NCBI GenBank assembly: GCA_963726135.1
Contig: CAVSBE010000003.1
Location: 123,595 to 187,594, forward strand
Source of the DNA: an uncultured Acidimicrobiaceae bacterium
Lineage (GTDB): Bacteria; Actinomycetota; Acidimicrobiia; Acidimicrobiales; RAAP-2
DNA: 64,000 nt
Direction: 5' to 3'
Numbering within the stretch: position 1 is the stretch's first letter; each line of letters starts with the position of its first letter. A program made the position numbers and the translations under genes. Positions 48,291-57,850 of the stretch are shown piece after piece. The notes beneath the pieces were generated by a model, which was not told the DNA's origin, did not search any database, and saw only the letters and a program-made list of their open reading frames with translations.

Positions 48291-49367
48291 ATGTCTGACG
48301 CGGCGCACGAACACGATGCCCACGACCACGATGCCGATCGACACCGCAGCGACGGTCACCCCCACGCCCATCCGGACGGATCCACCGGCTTCGTGCGGTC
48401 CCTGTTCGTCCCGCACCGCCACGACGCGGCGGACAGCGTCGACCAGGCCCTGGAGGCGAGCTCGCAGGGCGTACGCGCGGTCAAGATTTCGCTCGCCGTG
48501 CTCGGGCTGACTGCGCTCGTCCAGGCACTGGTGGTGACCTCGAGCGGATCGGTCGCGCTGCTCGGCGACACCCTGCACAATTTCTCGGACGCCCTCACGG
48601 CCCTGCCTCTGTGGGTGGCGTTCAGCCTGGGGCGACGGCCGCCGACGAGGCGGTTCACCTACGGCTACGGCCGGGCGGAGGACCTCGCGGGGGTCTTCGT
48701 CGTGGCCGTGGTCGCGCTCTCGGGGGCGCTGACCGCGTGGCAGTCCATTGAGCGTCTCGTCCACCCGCAGCACGTGCAGCATCTCCCCGCGGTGATGGCC
48801 GCCGCGGTCGTCGGCATGGCCGGCAACGAGATCGTGGCCCAGTACCGGCTGCGCGTCGGTCGGCGGATCGGTTCGGCCGCCCTCGAAGCCGACGGTCTGC
48901 ACGCACGCACCGACGGCGTTGCCTCGCTCGCCGTGCTCCTTGGCGCCGTCGGGGTGGCCCTGGGTGCGCAGTGGGCGGATCCGGTCGTGGGTCTCTTGAT
49001 CAGCGTGCTCATCTTCCTCGTCTTGATCAGGACCGCCGGCAGCATCGGCCAGCGACTCCTCGATGCCGTCGACCCTGCACTGGTGAGCCAGGCCGAGCAC
49101 ATCTTGCGGCACGTCGACGGCGTCATCGGCGTCGGCGATGTCCGCATCCGCTGGGTCGGCCACCAGCTCCACGCCGAGATCCGCCTCGTGGTCGACCGCG
49201 GTCTGAGCGTCGTCGCCGCGCACGACATCGCAGAGCGGGCGTATCACGAGCTCCTGCACCAGCTCCCGAGGCTCAGCGACGCGATCGTCCATACCGATCC
49301 GTCCGCTCAGGACGGGAGCGACCCGCACGCCGAGACGAAACACCACCGGACGCGCACCGACGGATAG
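48291..49367 (+). CDS. Cation diffusion facilitator (CDF) family metal efflux transporter
   Basis: Start at MSDAAHEHDAHDHDADRHRSDGHPHAHPDG (His-rich tail). Reads SVALLGDTLHNFSDAL and HARTDGVASLAV, followed by a C-terminal cytoplasmic domain. Confidence 0.9.
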   Translation: MSDAAHEHDAHDHDADRHRSDGHPHAHPDGSTGFVRSLFVPHRHDAADSVDQALEASSQGVRAVKISLAVLGLTALVQALVVTSSGSVALLGDTLHNFSDALTALPLWVAFSLGRRPPTRRFTYGYGRAEDLAGVFVVAVVALSGALTAWQSIERLVHPQHVQHLPAVMAAAVVGMAGNEIVAQYRLRVGRRIGSAALEADGLHARTDGVASLAVLLGAVGVALGAQWADPVVGLLISVLIFLVLIRTAGSIGQRLLDAVDPALVSQAEHILRHVDGVIGVGDVRIRWVGHQLHAEIRLVVDRGLSVVAAHDIAERAYHELLHQLPRLSDAIVHTDPSAQDGSDPHAETKHHRTRTDG

Positions 49368-49414
49368 GCCCGGAGACCCAGAGATTCGAGAGCGGGGTGA
49401 ACGGCTCCGAGAAC

Positions 49415-50902
49415 CTAGTGGGCGAGCCGCAACGGGTAGGAGACGGCCGCAACGTCGAGGATCTCCGCCCTGTCCTGCTCCAGCAGGTACCTGGCATCGA
49501 TGGCCGCGTCGAGGGCGGCCTCGAACCGCACCAGGTACTCGGCCTTCCCCCCTGGATACACGGCGGTCAGCTCCGCCTCGTCGAAGGGCACCGTCCGGCC
49601 GAAGAGGATCGCGAAGGACTCCCCGCTCTGGCCCAGGCCCGACAGCACCGCGGTCGGCACGTCCACCCAGGGCGTCCGGATGCCGCCCAGTGCGTTGCCC
49701 AGTTCGTCGAGGCGATAGCCGGTGCCCGCGTCGTCGAGACGAAGCCGGGGCGCCTTCGGTGGTGCCATGCCGTCGGTGACCCACTGCGCCAGGTGCCACA
49801 ACGCGGCCTGCGCGACGTAGTGCTGCTGGGGCCCGGCGTTGATCGGCGTTTCCGTCCGGCCGAAGATCAGGTTCGAGGTCGGGCGCATCAATTCCGCCAG
49901 GCACTCCCCGCTCAGCGTGCCGTCGTCGTGACGCCCGGCGCTGACCGTGTAGGTGTCGGCGTGCGCGGCGCCGGCCATCTCCCAGAGACGGACATGGTCC
50001 GAGTCGTCCTGCTCGGCCAGCCCCCCGCCGAGCAGGATGACGTCGGTCTCGCTCTGCAGGACCAGCACCGGGACCCTGGCGTCGTCGCGGATCCGCTCAC
50101 CCTTGGCCGAAATGGCACGGGTGGTCGACGCGAGGCCCTCGCCGCCGGCGGTCGGGATGAACACGCCGTCGATGGCGACACCCACACCGGGCCGCCCGTG
50201 CACGAAGAAGCCGTCGAACACGCGGGCGTGGTCGTCGATCGCGTTGATGTAGGTGACCAGGCAGGCTGCCGACTGCGACTCGCCCGCCGCCAGCAGGTGC
50301 TCGGCGACCAGGCCGGCGCCCAACGGGTTCTCGTCCGCCGGCAGCCGCAGCAACGCACCCACCTGGGAGAACATGTCGAACGACCACGCGTCGCCGGGGT
50401 GCTCGAGCTGCCCGTAGCGCTCCGGTGCGAGGAGCTTGAGGTGGATGCCCTCGACGAAACCTCCGCCGTCGATGCCAACCTTCTGGGCCGACACGCCGAC
50501 CCACGCGTGGCCCTCGGCCGCGACGTGCCGGTGGAAGAACCCCCAGTCGGGAGCGGCGTCGATGCCGGCGGAGACGTTGTGCCATTCCACGACCACCGTC
50601 CCGCTGAACCGGGCCGGGTCCGAGGGGCGCCGCACGACGAACCGGGTCCGGAAGCCTGCCTCGGGCCCAGGGGTCACGTCCCACCGGCCGTCCAGGCCCC
50701 GCTCACCCTCGAGCTCGTAGGAGGACGCCGTCCCCTCGACGGCATATTCGGTCTCCGTGTAGCCGAGGACGGCCAGGTCGTAGTCCCGCATGATGTCCGG
50801 CGCCGTGCCCGACATCTCCTCGAACGAGGCCCGCCCTGCCCTGGTCATCGTCACCCTCCCGATCGGGGCGGTGGTCCGACCCGGCTCGCTCTGACCTGCC
50901 AT
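49415..50902 (-). CDS. Conserved hypothetical, alpha/beta-hydrolase-like
   Basis: 495 aa. FSGTVVVEWHNVSAGIDAAPDW resembles, from memory, an alpha/beta hydrolase domain family. An alternative start lies at 50848. Confidence 0.5.
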   Translation of the reverse strand: MAGQSEPGRTTAPIGRVTMTRAGRASFEEMSGTAPDIMRDYDLAVLGYTETEYAVEGTASSYELEGERGLDGRWDVTPGPEAGFRTRFVVRRPSDPARFSGTVVVEWHNVSAGIDAAPDWGFFHRHVAAEGHAWVGVSAQKVGIDGGGFVEGIHLKLLAPERYGQLEHPGDAWSFDMFSQVGALLRLPADENPLGAGLVAEHLLAAGESQSAACLVTYINAIDDHARVFDGFFVHGRPGVGVAIDGVFIPTAGGEGLASTTRAISAKGERIRDDARVPVLVLQSETDVILLGGGLAEQDDSDHVRLWEMAGAAHADTYTVSAGRHDDGTLSGECLAELMRPTSNLIFGRTETPINAGPQQHYVAQAALWHLAQWVTDGMAPPKAPRLRLDDAGTGYRLDELGNALGGIRTPWVDVPTAVLSGLGQSGESFAILFGRTVPFDEAELTAVYPGGKAEYLVRFEAALDAAIDARYLLEQDRAEILDVAAVSYPLRLAH

Positions 50903-50921
50903 GTCAGGATACTTTTCGGCG

Positions 50922-50969
50922 CCAGAGGCTCGAGCACACCAGAGACCAGAGGCGCGAGCACCCCAGAGA
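50922..50969 (+). repeat. 24-bp tandem repeat x2 (plus a partial third) in a divergent promoter region
   Basis: ccagaggctcgagcacaccagaga / ccagaggcgcgagcaccccagaga match at 22/24 positions and are followed by acacgccagaga. Confidence 0.9.
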
Positions 50970-50995
50970 ACACGCCAGAGAGAGGAACACCCGCC

Positions 50996-51755
50996 GTGGA
51001 GATCCAGGGAAAGAAGGCCGTCATCGTGGGGGGCGCCTCCGGCATGGCCAAGGCCACCGCCGAGCTGCTACACGAGAAGGGGAGCCGACGTCGCCATCCT
51101 CGACCTGCCGACATCGGCCGGCGCCGCGGTCGCCAAGGACCTGGGCGGCACGTTCCACGAAGTCAACGTGCTCGACGACCAGCAGGTCGAGACCGCGCTG
51201 GCCGACGCCGCGGCCGCGCTCGGCGGCATGCACATCGCGGTCAACACTGCCGGTGGCGGTACGGCCAAGCGGACCCTCACCAAGGAGGGGCCACACCCGA
51301 TCGAAGACTTCCGCCGCACGATTGAGCTGAACCTCATCGGCACCTTCAACCTCAATCGGCTGCAGGCCTTCCACATGTCGAGCAACGAGCCCGAGGACGG
51401 CGAACGTGGCGTGATCATCGACACCGCATCGATCGCCGCCTTCGAGGGTCAGATCGGACAGGTGGCCTACACCGCCGCCAAGGCCGGCATCGCCGGCATG
51501 ACACTGACCATGGCCCGCGATCTCGGCAGCCTGGGCATCCGCGTCCTGACCATTGCGCCGAGCCTGTTCAGCACCGGCCTGACCGAAGGCATCCCGGACG
51601 AGTTCGCCGAGGTCCTGACGAAGGACGCCGCCTTCCCGAAGCGCATGGGACGCCCCGGGGAGTACGCCAAGCTCGCCGTGGCGATCGTCGAGAACCCCAT
51701 GCTGAACGGCTCGACCATCCGCCTGGACGCCGGGCAGCGCTTCGGGCCGAAGTAG
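50996..51755 (+). CDS. SDR family oxidoreductase (3-hydroxyacyl-CoA dehydrogenase type II-like), frameshift near 51060-51100
   Basis: GTG start VEIQGKKAVIVGGASGMAKATAELL in one frame. It continues ADVAILDL...NTAGGG...YTAAKAGIAGMT in frame 50901-51755. Confidence 0.8.
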
Positions 51756-51772
51756 CCGGTCGCGGCATTGCG

Positions 51773-52795
51773 GTGGGCTCCATGGATCTGCAGCTCCAGG
51801 TCGACGTCACCGCGGCGGCGGGCCTCGGCGAGCCGGCGCACGTCGCGCTCACGGTCACCGTCCCCGACGCGCTCGGGACCGATCCGATCGTGTGCTTCGC
51901 CAAGCCGGGGGCTGGCTACTCGCGGCGCTACTACACCGAGGACCTGCCGGGCCCGGGCCCGGGGGCCCAGGCCGCCTGGCACGCCGAGCGGGGTTGGGTG
52001 TTCGTCTCGGTCGACCATCTCGGCGTTGGCGACAGCTCCCAGCACGACTCCGAGCGTCTGACCTACACCCCGGTCGTGGCGGCGAGTCTGGCCGCCGAAG
52101 TCGAGGTGCTGCGGAAGCTCGCGGCGGGCACCCTGGTCGACGGGCTCCCGCCGGTCGAGCGCCCGGTGACCATCGGCATCGGGCAGTCGATGGGCGGCAG
52201 CCTGACCGTGGTGCAACAGGGCCGCTACCACTGCTACGACGGCATCGGCGTGCTCGGCTACAGCGCCGTGCACACCCACCCGCCGACCGCGCCCGGCACG
52301 CCGCCGCTCGTGATGGCCTGGGTGCCCCGCGACGCCCTGCCCTCCGACGGCGTCTTCACCAACGCGCCGGCGCTGGCCGAGCTCGACCCGGCCACGGCCC
52401 CAGGCCCTGCAGCAATGGCCTGGGGCTTCCACTACGACGACGTCGACCCCGAGCTGGTCCGGCGTGACCTGGAGGACTTCCCGTCACGCCAGGGCGACGT
52501 CCCGCCGTGGGGCTCGGGCACGGTGCCGATGACCGTCGCCCTGTGGTGCGTCACCCCGGGGGGCGTGGCGGCGGAGGCGGCGGCCGTCCGCTGCCCCGTG
52601 CTGGTGGCGCTCGGCGAGCGCGACGTGCTGGCCGATCCGCGGGGCGAGCCGCGGGCGTACCTGTCGTCTCCGAGCGTGGACCTCTTCATTTGTCCGAGAA
52701 TGGCGCACATGCACAACTTCGCCGGCACGCGGGAGCTGTTCTGGCGGCGTATCGAGACCTGGGCCGACTGGGTGCGGGCGGGACGCGAGGGCTGA
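51773..52795 (+). CDS. Alpha/beta hydrolase fold protein
   Basis: 340 aa with the nucleophile elbow GIGQSMGGS and a late HMHNF segment. Confidence 0.65.
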   Translation: MGSMDLQLQVDVTAAAGLGEPAHVALTVTVPDALGTDPIVCFAKPGAGYSRRYYTEDLPGPGPGAQAAWHAERGWVFVSVDHLGVGDSSQHDSERLTYTPVVAASLAAEVEVLRKLAAGTLVDGLPPVERPVTIGIGQSMGGSLTVVQQGRYHCYDGIGVLGYSAVHTHPPTAPGTPPLVMAWVPRDALPSDGVFTNAPALAELDPATAPGPAAMAWGFHYDDVDPELVRRDLEDFPSRQGDVPPWGSGTVPMTVALWCVTPGGVAAEAAAVRCPVLVALGERDVLADPRGEPRAYLSSPSVDLFICPRMAHMHNFAGTRELFWRRIETWADWVRAGREG

Positions 52796-52802
52796 TGGGC
52801 TG

Positions 52803-53670
52803 ATGGAGCTCGACCTCGCCGAGGACCTGCCCTCCCTGCTGACACTCGAGCCGCGTCGACCGCGACCTCTTCCGGGGGCGCAACGCCAACTACGGGCCGC
52901 GCCAGACCCTCTACGGCGGGCAGGTGGCGGCGCAGTGCCTGCTCGCCGCCGCGGCCACCGTCGAGCCGGACCGGCTCCCCCACTCCCTGCACGGCTACTT
53001 CCTCCGTGCCGGGCGCAGCGATGTGCCGGTGATCCTCGAGGTCGACCGCGACCGGGACGGGCGCTCCTTCTCGGCCCGCCACGTCGTCGCCGTCCAGGAG
53101 GGCGAGGTCATCTTCTCCATGATCACCTCGTTCCACGCCGAGAGCGACGGCGGGCACTTCGACGACGCGCCCCGGCGCACGACCGCCGAGCCCGAGGACA
53201 CCCCCAAGGCCGGGTGGACACCGTTGCTCCAGGTGCGCGAGGTCACGCCGACCGACTTCCTCAAGGGCGTCTTCACCGACTGCCTGTGGGTGCGCTCCGC
53301 CGCCTCGCTCGGCGCGGACCCGCTGCTGCAGCGGGCCGGCCTGACGTACCTGTCCGACCTCGGCACGGGCTTCGGCCAGCAGCACAAGTCGCTCATCGGG
53401 CGTGGCGGGCCGAGCATCGACCACTCCGTCTGGTTCCACGAGGACATCCGGGCCGACGACTGGGTGCTCGTCGACCTGCGCCCCGTCAAGGCCCGCAGTG
53501 CGCGGGGCACGTACCACGGCTCGCTGCGCGACCGCCACGGCGTGCTCGGGGCGACGCTCTACCAGGAGCAGTTGCTGCTGCCGGGGTCGATGAGCGACGT
53601 CGGGGACGACGCGCCGGACGACTTCGCCGCGGTGCAGCGGGCGCAATCGGAGCATCCAGCGGGTCGTTAG
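52803..53670 (+). CDS. Acyl-CoA thioesterase II (TesB-like), frameshift near 52845-52925
   Basis: MELDLAEDLPSLLTLEP is in one frame. DRDLFRGRNANYGPRQTLYGGQVAAQCL...HSLHGYFLRAG...DHSVWFH is in the next. Confidence 0.8.
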
Positions 53671-53785
53671 GGCCGTCGGGCCCGGGCTATTTGCAACCAA
53701 AGGTTGCGTTTCTTGCAGAAACGTGCTACCTTTGGTTGCACATCGGGCGGACCGGATGTCACCCGAGAACCGAGAGGAGAGTGTC

Positions 53786-54232
53786 ATGCACGACATACGC
53801 CACAAAGTGGGGATCAACGTCCCGATCAGCGTGGTCTACGACGCCCTCGCCACGCGCGACGGCTTGGCCAAGTGGTGGACCCGCGACGTGGCAGGCGAGT
53901 CGCAGCCAGGCAGGCGCCTCGAGTTCCGCTTCGGCGGACCGGACGTCGCCGCGGTGATGGAGGTCATGGAGCTGAGCCCGCAAAGCCGCGTCCAGTGGCG
54001 TTGCGTGGCGGGCCCCGACGAGTGGATGGACACCATCATCAGCTACGAGCTGAAGCTCAACGGCGACGAGACCGTCGTGCTGTTCACCCACGCGGACTGG
54101 CGCGAGCCCGGCGAGTTCATGCACCACTGCAGCACCAAGTGGGGCACGTTCCTGGTCGGCCTGAAAGCCGGGCTCGAAGGTGGCAAGGCGACGCCCTGGC
54201 CGAACGACGTCACGATCGACAGCTGGGACTGA
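53786..54232 (+). CDS. SRPBCC (AHSA1/START-like) domain protein
   Basis: Start at MHDIRHKVGINVPISVVYDALATRDGLAKWWT after gaggaga. Confidence 0.8.
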   Translation: MHDIRHKVGINVPISVVYDALATRDGLAKWWTRDVAGESQPGRRLEFRFGGPDVAAVMEVMELSPQSRVQWRCVAGPDEWMDTIISYELKLNGDETVVLFTHADWREPGEFMHHCSTKWGTFLVGLKAGLEGGKATPWPNDVTIDSWD

Positions 54233-54238
54233 CCGACC

Positions 54239-54697
54239 GTGACCGACTACCGGATTGAGCGGGAGATCCTGATCGAGGCGCCCGTCGATGTCGTCTGGCG
54301 CACGATCACCGAGCCCGACCAGATCACCCAGTGGTTCGCGGACCGCGTCGAGCTGCAGGCAGTCCCCGGTGGCCGGGGCACCTTCGCCTTCGACAACCCG
54401 GAAGGGACGCTGGCCGCCCCGCTGGTGGTCGAGACGGTCGACGCGCCGACACGCTTCTCCTTCCGATGGAGCCACCCCGAGGGCGAGGATCCCGCCCCGG
54501 GGAACTCCATGCTCGTCGAGTTCTCGCTCACCCGCGAGGGCGACGAGCGGACCCGCCTCCGGGTGGTCGAGAGCGGCCTCGAGCTCCTCGGCTGGGCCGA
54601 TGACGACAAGGACCGCTACGCCGAGGAGCACCGCACCGGCTGGGCCACGTTCCTCGGCCGCCTGGCGGTGCTCTTCTCCGGCAGAACCGCTGGATGA
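54239..54697 (+). CDS. SRPBCC (AHSA1-like) domain protein
   Basis: 152 aa reading REILIEAPVDVVWRTITEPDQITQWF. Confidence 0.8.
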   Translation: MTDYRIEREILIEAPVDVVWRTITEPDQITQWFADRVELQAVPGGRGTFAFDNPEGTLAAPLVVETVDAPTRFSFRWSHPEGEDPAPGNSMLVEFSLTREGDERTRLRVVESGLELLGWADDDKDRYAEEHRTGWATFLGRLAVLFSGRTAG

Positions 54698-55038
54698 CCA
54701 GAGAACCCGACGACGAACTCTGGTCGGCGATCGCCGACCCGTCCCGGCGCCGGCTGCTCGACCTCTTGGTCCGCAACGGAGAGGAGACGGCGAGCTCGTT
54801 GGCGGGCCAGGTCCCGTTCTCCCGGCAGGCCGTGAGCAAGCATCTCGTCGTCCTCGAGCAGGTCGGGCTGGTGCGGCGCCACAAGGTCGGGCGAGAGGTT
54901 CGCTACCAGGTGGAGCCCGGGCGACTCGACGAGGCGTCCCGGGCGATGGCGGGGCTCGCCCAGGAGTGGGACCGTCGACTGGGCATCATCAAGCGGCTCG
55001 CCGAGGCTGCGCACGCGCGGGCCACGACGCAACGCTGA
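54694..55038 (+). CDS. ArsR/SmtB family transcriptional regulator
   Basis: 114 aa reading IADPSRRRLLDLLVRNGEETASSLAGQVPFSRQAVSKHLVVLEQVGLV. Its start overlaps the previous stop. Confidence 0.85.
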   Translation: MTREPDDELWSAIADPSRRRLLDLLVRNGEETASSLAGQVPFSRQAVSKHLVVLEQVGLVRRHKVGREVRYQVEPGRLDEASRAMAGLAQEWDRRLGIIKRLAEAAHARATTQR

Positions 55039-55072
55039 GCCGGTCTCCACCCCGATATCCTCCAGCCTCGAC

Positions 55073-57229
55073 ATGTCGATCGCCATCACCGAAGACCACC
55101 GCGCCCTCGGGCAGACCGCCTCGGACTTCCTGGCCAAGCGCGATACCCGAGGGGCCGCCCGGGCCCTGCTCGACGCCGAGACCGAAACCCTCCCCCCGTT
55201 CTGGGGCGACCTGGCGCACCTCGGGTGGCTGGGCCTGCACCTGCCCGAGGCGCGGGGCGGCTCGGGCTTCGGCCTCCCGGAGCTCGTCGTCGTCGTCGAG
55301 GAGCTCGGCCGCGCCATCGCGCCCGGGCCCTTCGTGCCCACCGTGATCGCGAGCGCGGTCATCAACGAGGTCGGGGCCGAGGAGATGGCGGGGCGGCTGT
55401 TGCCCGGGTTGGCCGACGGGTCGGTGCTCGGCGGCGTGGCCCTGACGTCCGACATCACGGTGCGTGGCGGCCGGGCCTCCGGGACGGCGCCGGCCGTGCT
55501 GGGTGGTGGCCTCGCGCACGTGCTCGTGCTGCCGGCGGGTGGCGACGCCATCGTGGTCGACGTGGCCGCGGGCGGCGTCGCGGTCGATGTGCCCGTCAAC
55601 CTCGACCCGACGCGGCGCTCGGCCCGGATCACGCTCGACGGTGCGCCTGTCGAGGTGATCCCCGGCGGGCGGCGCATCCTGGTCGACCTGGGGCGCCTCC
55701 TCGTGGCGGCGGAGTGCACCGGGGTCGCCATCGAGTGCACCGAAATGGCCGCCTCGTACGCCAAGGTGCGCGTGCAGTTCGGCCGGCCCATCGCCATGTT
55801 CCAGGCCGTCAAGCACCATTGCGCCAACATGCTCGTCGCGTCCGAGCTCGCCACCGCGGCGGTGTGGGACGCCGCCCGGGCGGCCGAGGAGGGTGGCGAC
55901 CAGCTCTCCTACGCCGCCGCCATGGCAGCCGCACTCGCGTTGGGCGCCGGTGACGAGTGCGCGCAGCTCAACATCCAGGTGCACGGCGGCATCGGTTTCA
56001 CCTGGGAGCACGACGCGCACCTCTATCTCCGCCGGGCCACCGCGCTCGAGGCGGTGGTCGACGCCGAGGCAGCCGCGCTCGACGTCACCGACCTCGTCCG
56101 CCGCGGCGTGCGCCGCACGCGGACCATCGACCTGCCGCCAGAGGCCGAGCCGATGCGCGACGAGGTGCGCGCCTTTGCCGAGGGGGTGCAGGGCCTCGAT
56201 GCGGCGGGACGGCGTGACGCCCTGATCGAGACCGGCTATGTCATGCCGCACTGGCCGAAGCCGTGGGGGCGCGACGCCGGTGCCGTCGAGCAGCTGGTGG
56301 TCGAGCAGGAGTTCAAGGCGGCCGGGATCACACGCCCCCAGTACATGATCACGGGCTGGGTGATCCTCACCCTCATTCAGCATGCGACCGAGGACCAGGT
56401 GGCCCGTTGGGTCATGCCCGCGCTGCGCCAGGAGGTCATCTGGTGCCAGCTCTTCAGCGAGCCCGACGCCGGCAGCGACGCCGCCGGGGTCAAGACCAGG
56501 GCGACCCGTGTCGACGGCGGCTGGCTGGTCAACGGCCAGAAGGTGTGGACCAGTGGCGCGCACTACGCCAGCTTCGGCCTCGCCACCATCCGCACCGACC
56601 CCGACGTCCCCAAGCACGACGGCATCACGACCATGGTCATCGACATGCACGCCGAGGGTGTGGAGGTGCGTCCGCTCAAAATGGTGACGGGCCAGTCGGA
56701 GTTCAACGAGGTCTTCTTCAACGACGTCTTCGTGCCGGACGACGACGTGGTGGGGCCGGTCAACGGCGGCTGGACCGTGGCCCGGGCGACACTGGGCAAC
56801 GAGAGCGTGTCCATCGGGGGCGGCCAGGGCGGCACGTCCATGCCGGTCGACATGGTGATCCCGCCGTTCGACGCCAGCCCCGGCCGCTTGGCGGGCGGGG
56901 CGGGTCGGGTCGGCCGTCACATCGCGCGCAGCGAGGCGATGGCGGTGCTCAACATGCGCAGCGCCCACCGGGCCGTCGAGGGCCGCGGGCCGGGGCCCGA
57001 GGGCAACGTCACCAAGCTGGTGCTCTCGGAGATCGGGCACGAGGCGGCGGCCATCATGGCCGCGCTCGGCGGGCCCGACACCGCCTACGCGGACGGTACC
57101 GGCGCGATCACCGCGCTGATGGTGCTCATGCACCGGGGCATGTCCATCGCCGGCGGGACGTCGGAGATCAAGCGCAACCAGATCGGTGAGCGCATCCTCG
57201 GCCTGCCGCGGGATCCGCTCATCAACTGA
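55073..57229 (+). CDS. Acyl-CoA dehydrogenase, two-domain (718 aa)
   Basis: Two ACAD-like halves. Reads QFGRPIAMFQAVKHHCANM, then WCQLFSEPDAGSD, WTSGAHYA and GGTSEIKRNQIGERILGLP. Confidence 0.9.
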   Translation: MSIAITEDHRALGQTASDFLAKRDTRGAARALLDAETETLPPFWGDLAHLGWLGLHLPEARGGSGFGLPELVVVVEELGRAIAPGPFVPTVIASAVINEVGAEEMAGRLLPGLADGSVLGGVALTSDITVRGGRASGTAPAVLGGGLAHVLVLPAGGDAIVVDVAAGGVAVDVPVNLDPTRRSARITLDGAPVEVIPGGRRILVDLGRLLVAAECTGVAIECTEMAASYAKVRVQFGRPIAMFQAVKHHCANMLVASELATAAVWDAARAAEEGGDQLSYAAAMAAALALGAGDECAQLNIQVHGGIGFTWEHDAHLYLRRATALEAVVDAEAAALDVTDLVRRGVRRTRTIDLPPEAEPMRDEVRAFAEGVQGLDAAGRRDALIETGYVMPHWPKPWGRDAGAVEQLVVEQEFKAAGITRPQYMITGWVILTLIQHATEDQVARWVMPALRQEVIWCQLFSEPDAGSDAAGVKTRATRVDGGWLVNGQKVWTSGAHYASFGLATIRTDPDVPKHDGITTMVIDMHAEGVEVRPLKMVTGQSEFNEVFFNDVFVPDDDVVGPVNGGWTVARATLGNESVSIGGGQGGTSMPVDMVIPPFDASPGRLAGGAGRVGRHIARSEAMAVLNMRSAHRAVEGRGPGPEGNVTKLVLSEIGHEAAAIMAALGGPDTAYADGTGAITALMVLMHRGMSIAGGTSEIKRNQIGERILGLPRDPLIN

Positions 57230-57270
57230 CGTGCCGCGCCGGGCGGCACCGCCCCCGGCGTCAGCCCCTG

Positions 57271-57744
57271 TTACGTCCTCCCCGGCGCGGCGTAGGTCGT
57301 GTCGGGTGAGCGCCAGTCCACCGAGACGAAGCGGTGGGCGATCAGCCACCGCTCGCCCACCGGGACCAGGCGATCGCGATAGCGCCCCATGTGGTCCAGC
57401 CCGATCTCCGTGAAGACGGTGAAGTAGCTGGCGACCGTTGCCTCCGTCGGCAACACGGCCTCGAACCTGACGTTGGTCACGTTGTGGCGGACGACCCGCC
57501 GCGGACCTCCGCTGCCCACCGCGCCGGCGGATTGTCGTACCCGCGCCGCCTCGCCCGTGCCGCCGAACCTCTCCATGATGGCGGCGCGGCCCTGCAGCGG
57601 CGCAGAGCCGCGGATCTCGAGGATGCCGTCCTCGCAGAAGGCGGCGGCGAACTCCTCGAGCAGATACCGATCGCCGGCGTGGGTGTACTGGGCCAGCGTG
57701 TCCCGGCAGGCCTCGCGGGCGGTGAGCTCCCAGAGCTCCATCAT
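57271..57744 (-). CDS. SnoaL/NTF2-like fold protein
   Basis: 157 aa. Size and pattern (YTHAGDRYLLEEFAAAFCEDGILEI...) are typical of nuclear transport factor 2-like proteins. Confidence 0.6.
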   Translation of the reverse strand: MMELWELTAREACRDTLAQYTHAGDRYLLEEFAAAFCEDGILEIRGSAPLQGRAAIMERFGGTGEAARVRQSAGAVGSGGPRRVVRHNVTNVRFEAVLPTEATVASYFTVFTEIGLDHMGRYRDRLVPVGERWLIAHRFVSVDWRSPDTTYAAPGRT

Positions 57745-57850
57745 CCGGCTCCGTGAAACGGGAACGGCGCGCCGGCGCTGCGCGCGGTATGGAGGTCGAC
57801 GGGCATGATCGATCGGAAGCCGCCCATGTCGTCGTGGGAGTCCCGGGCGG

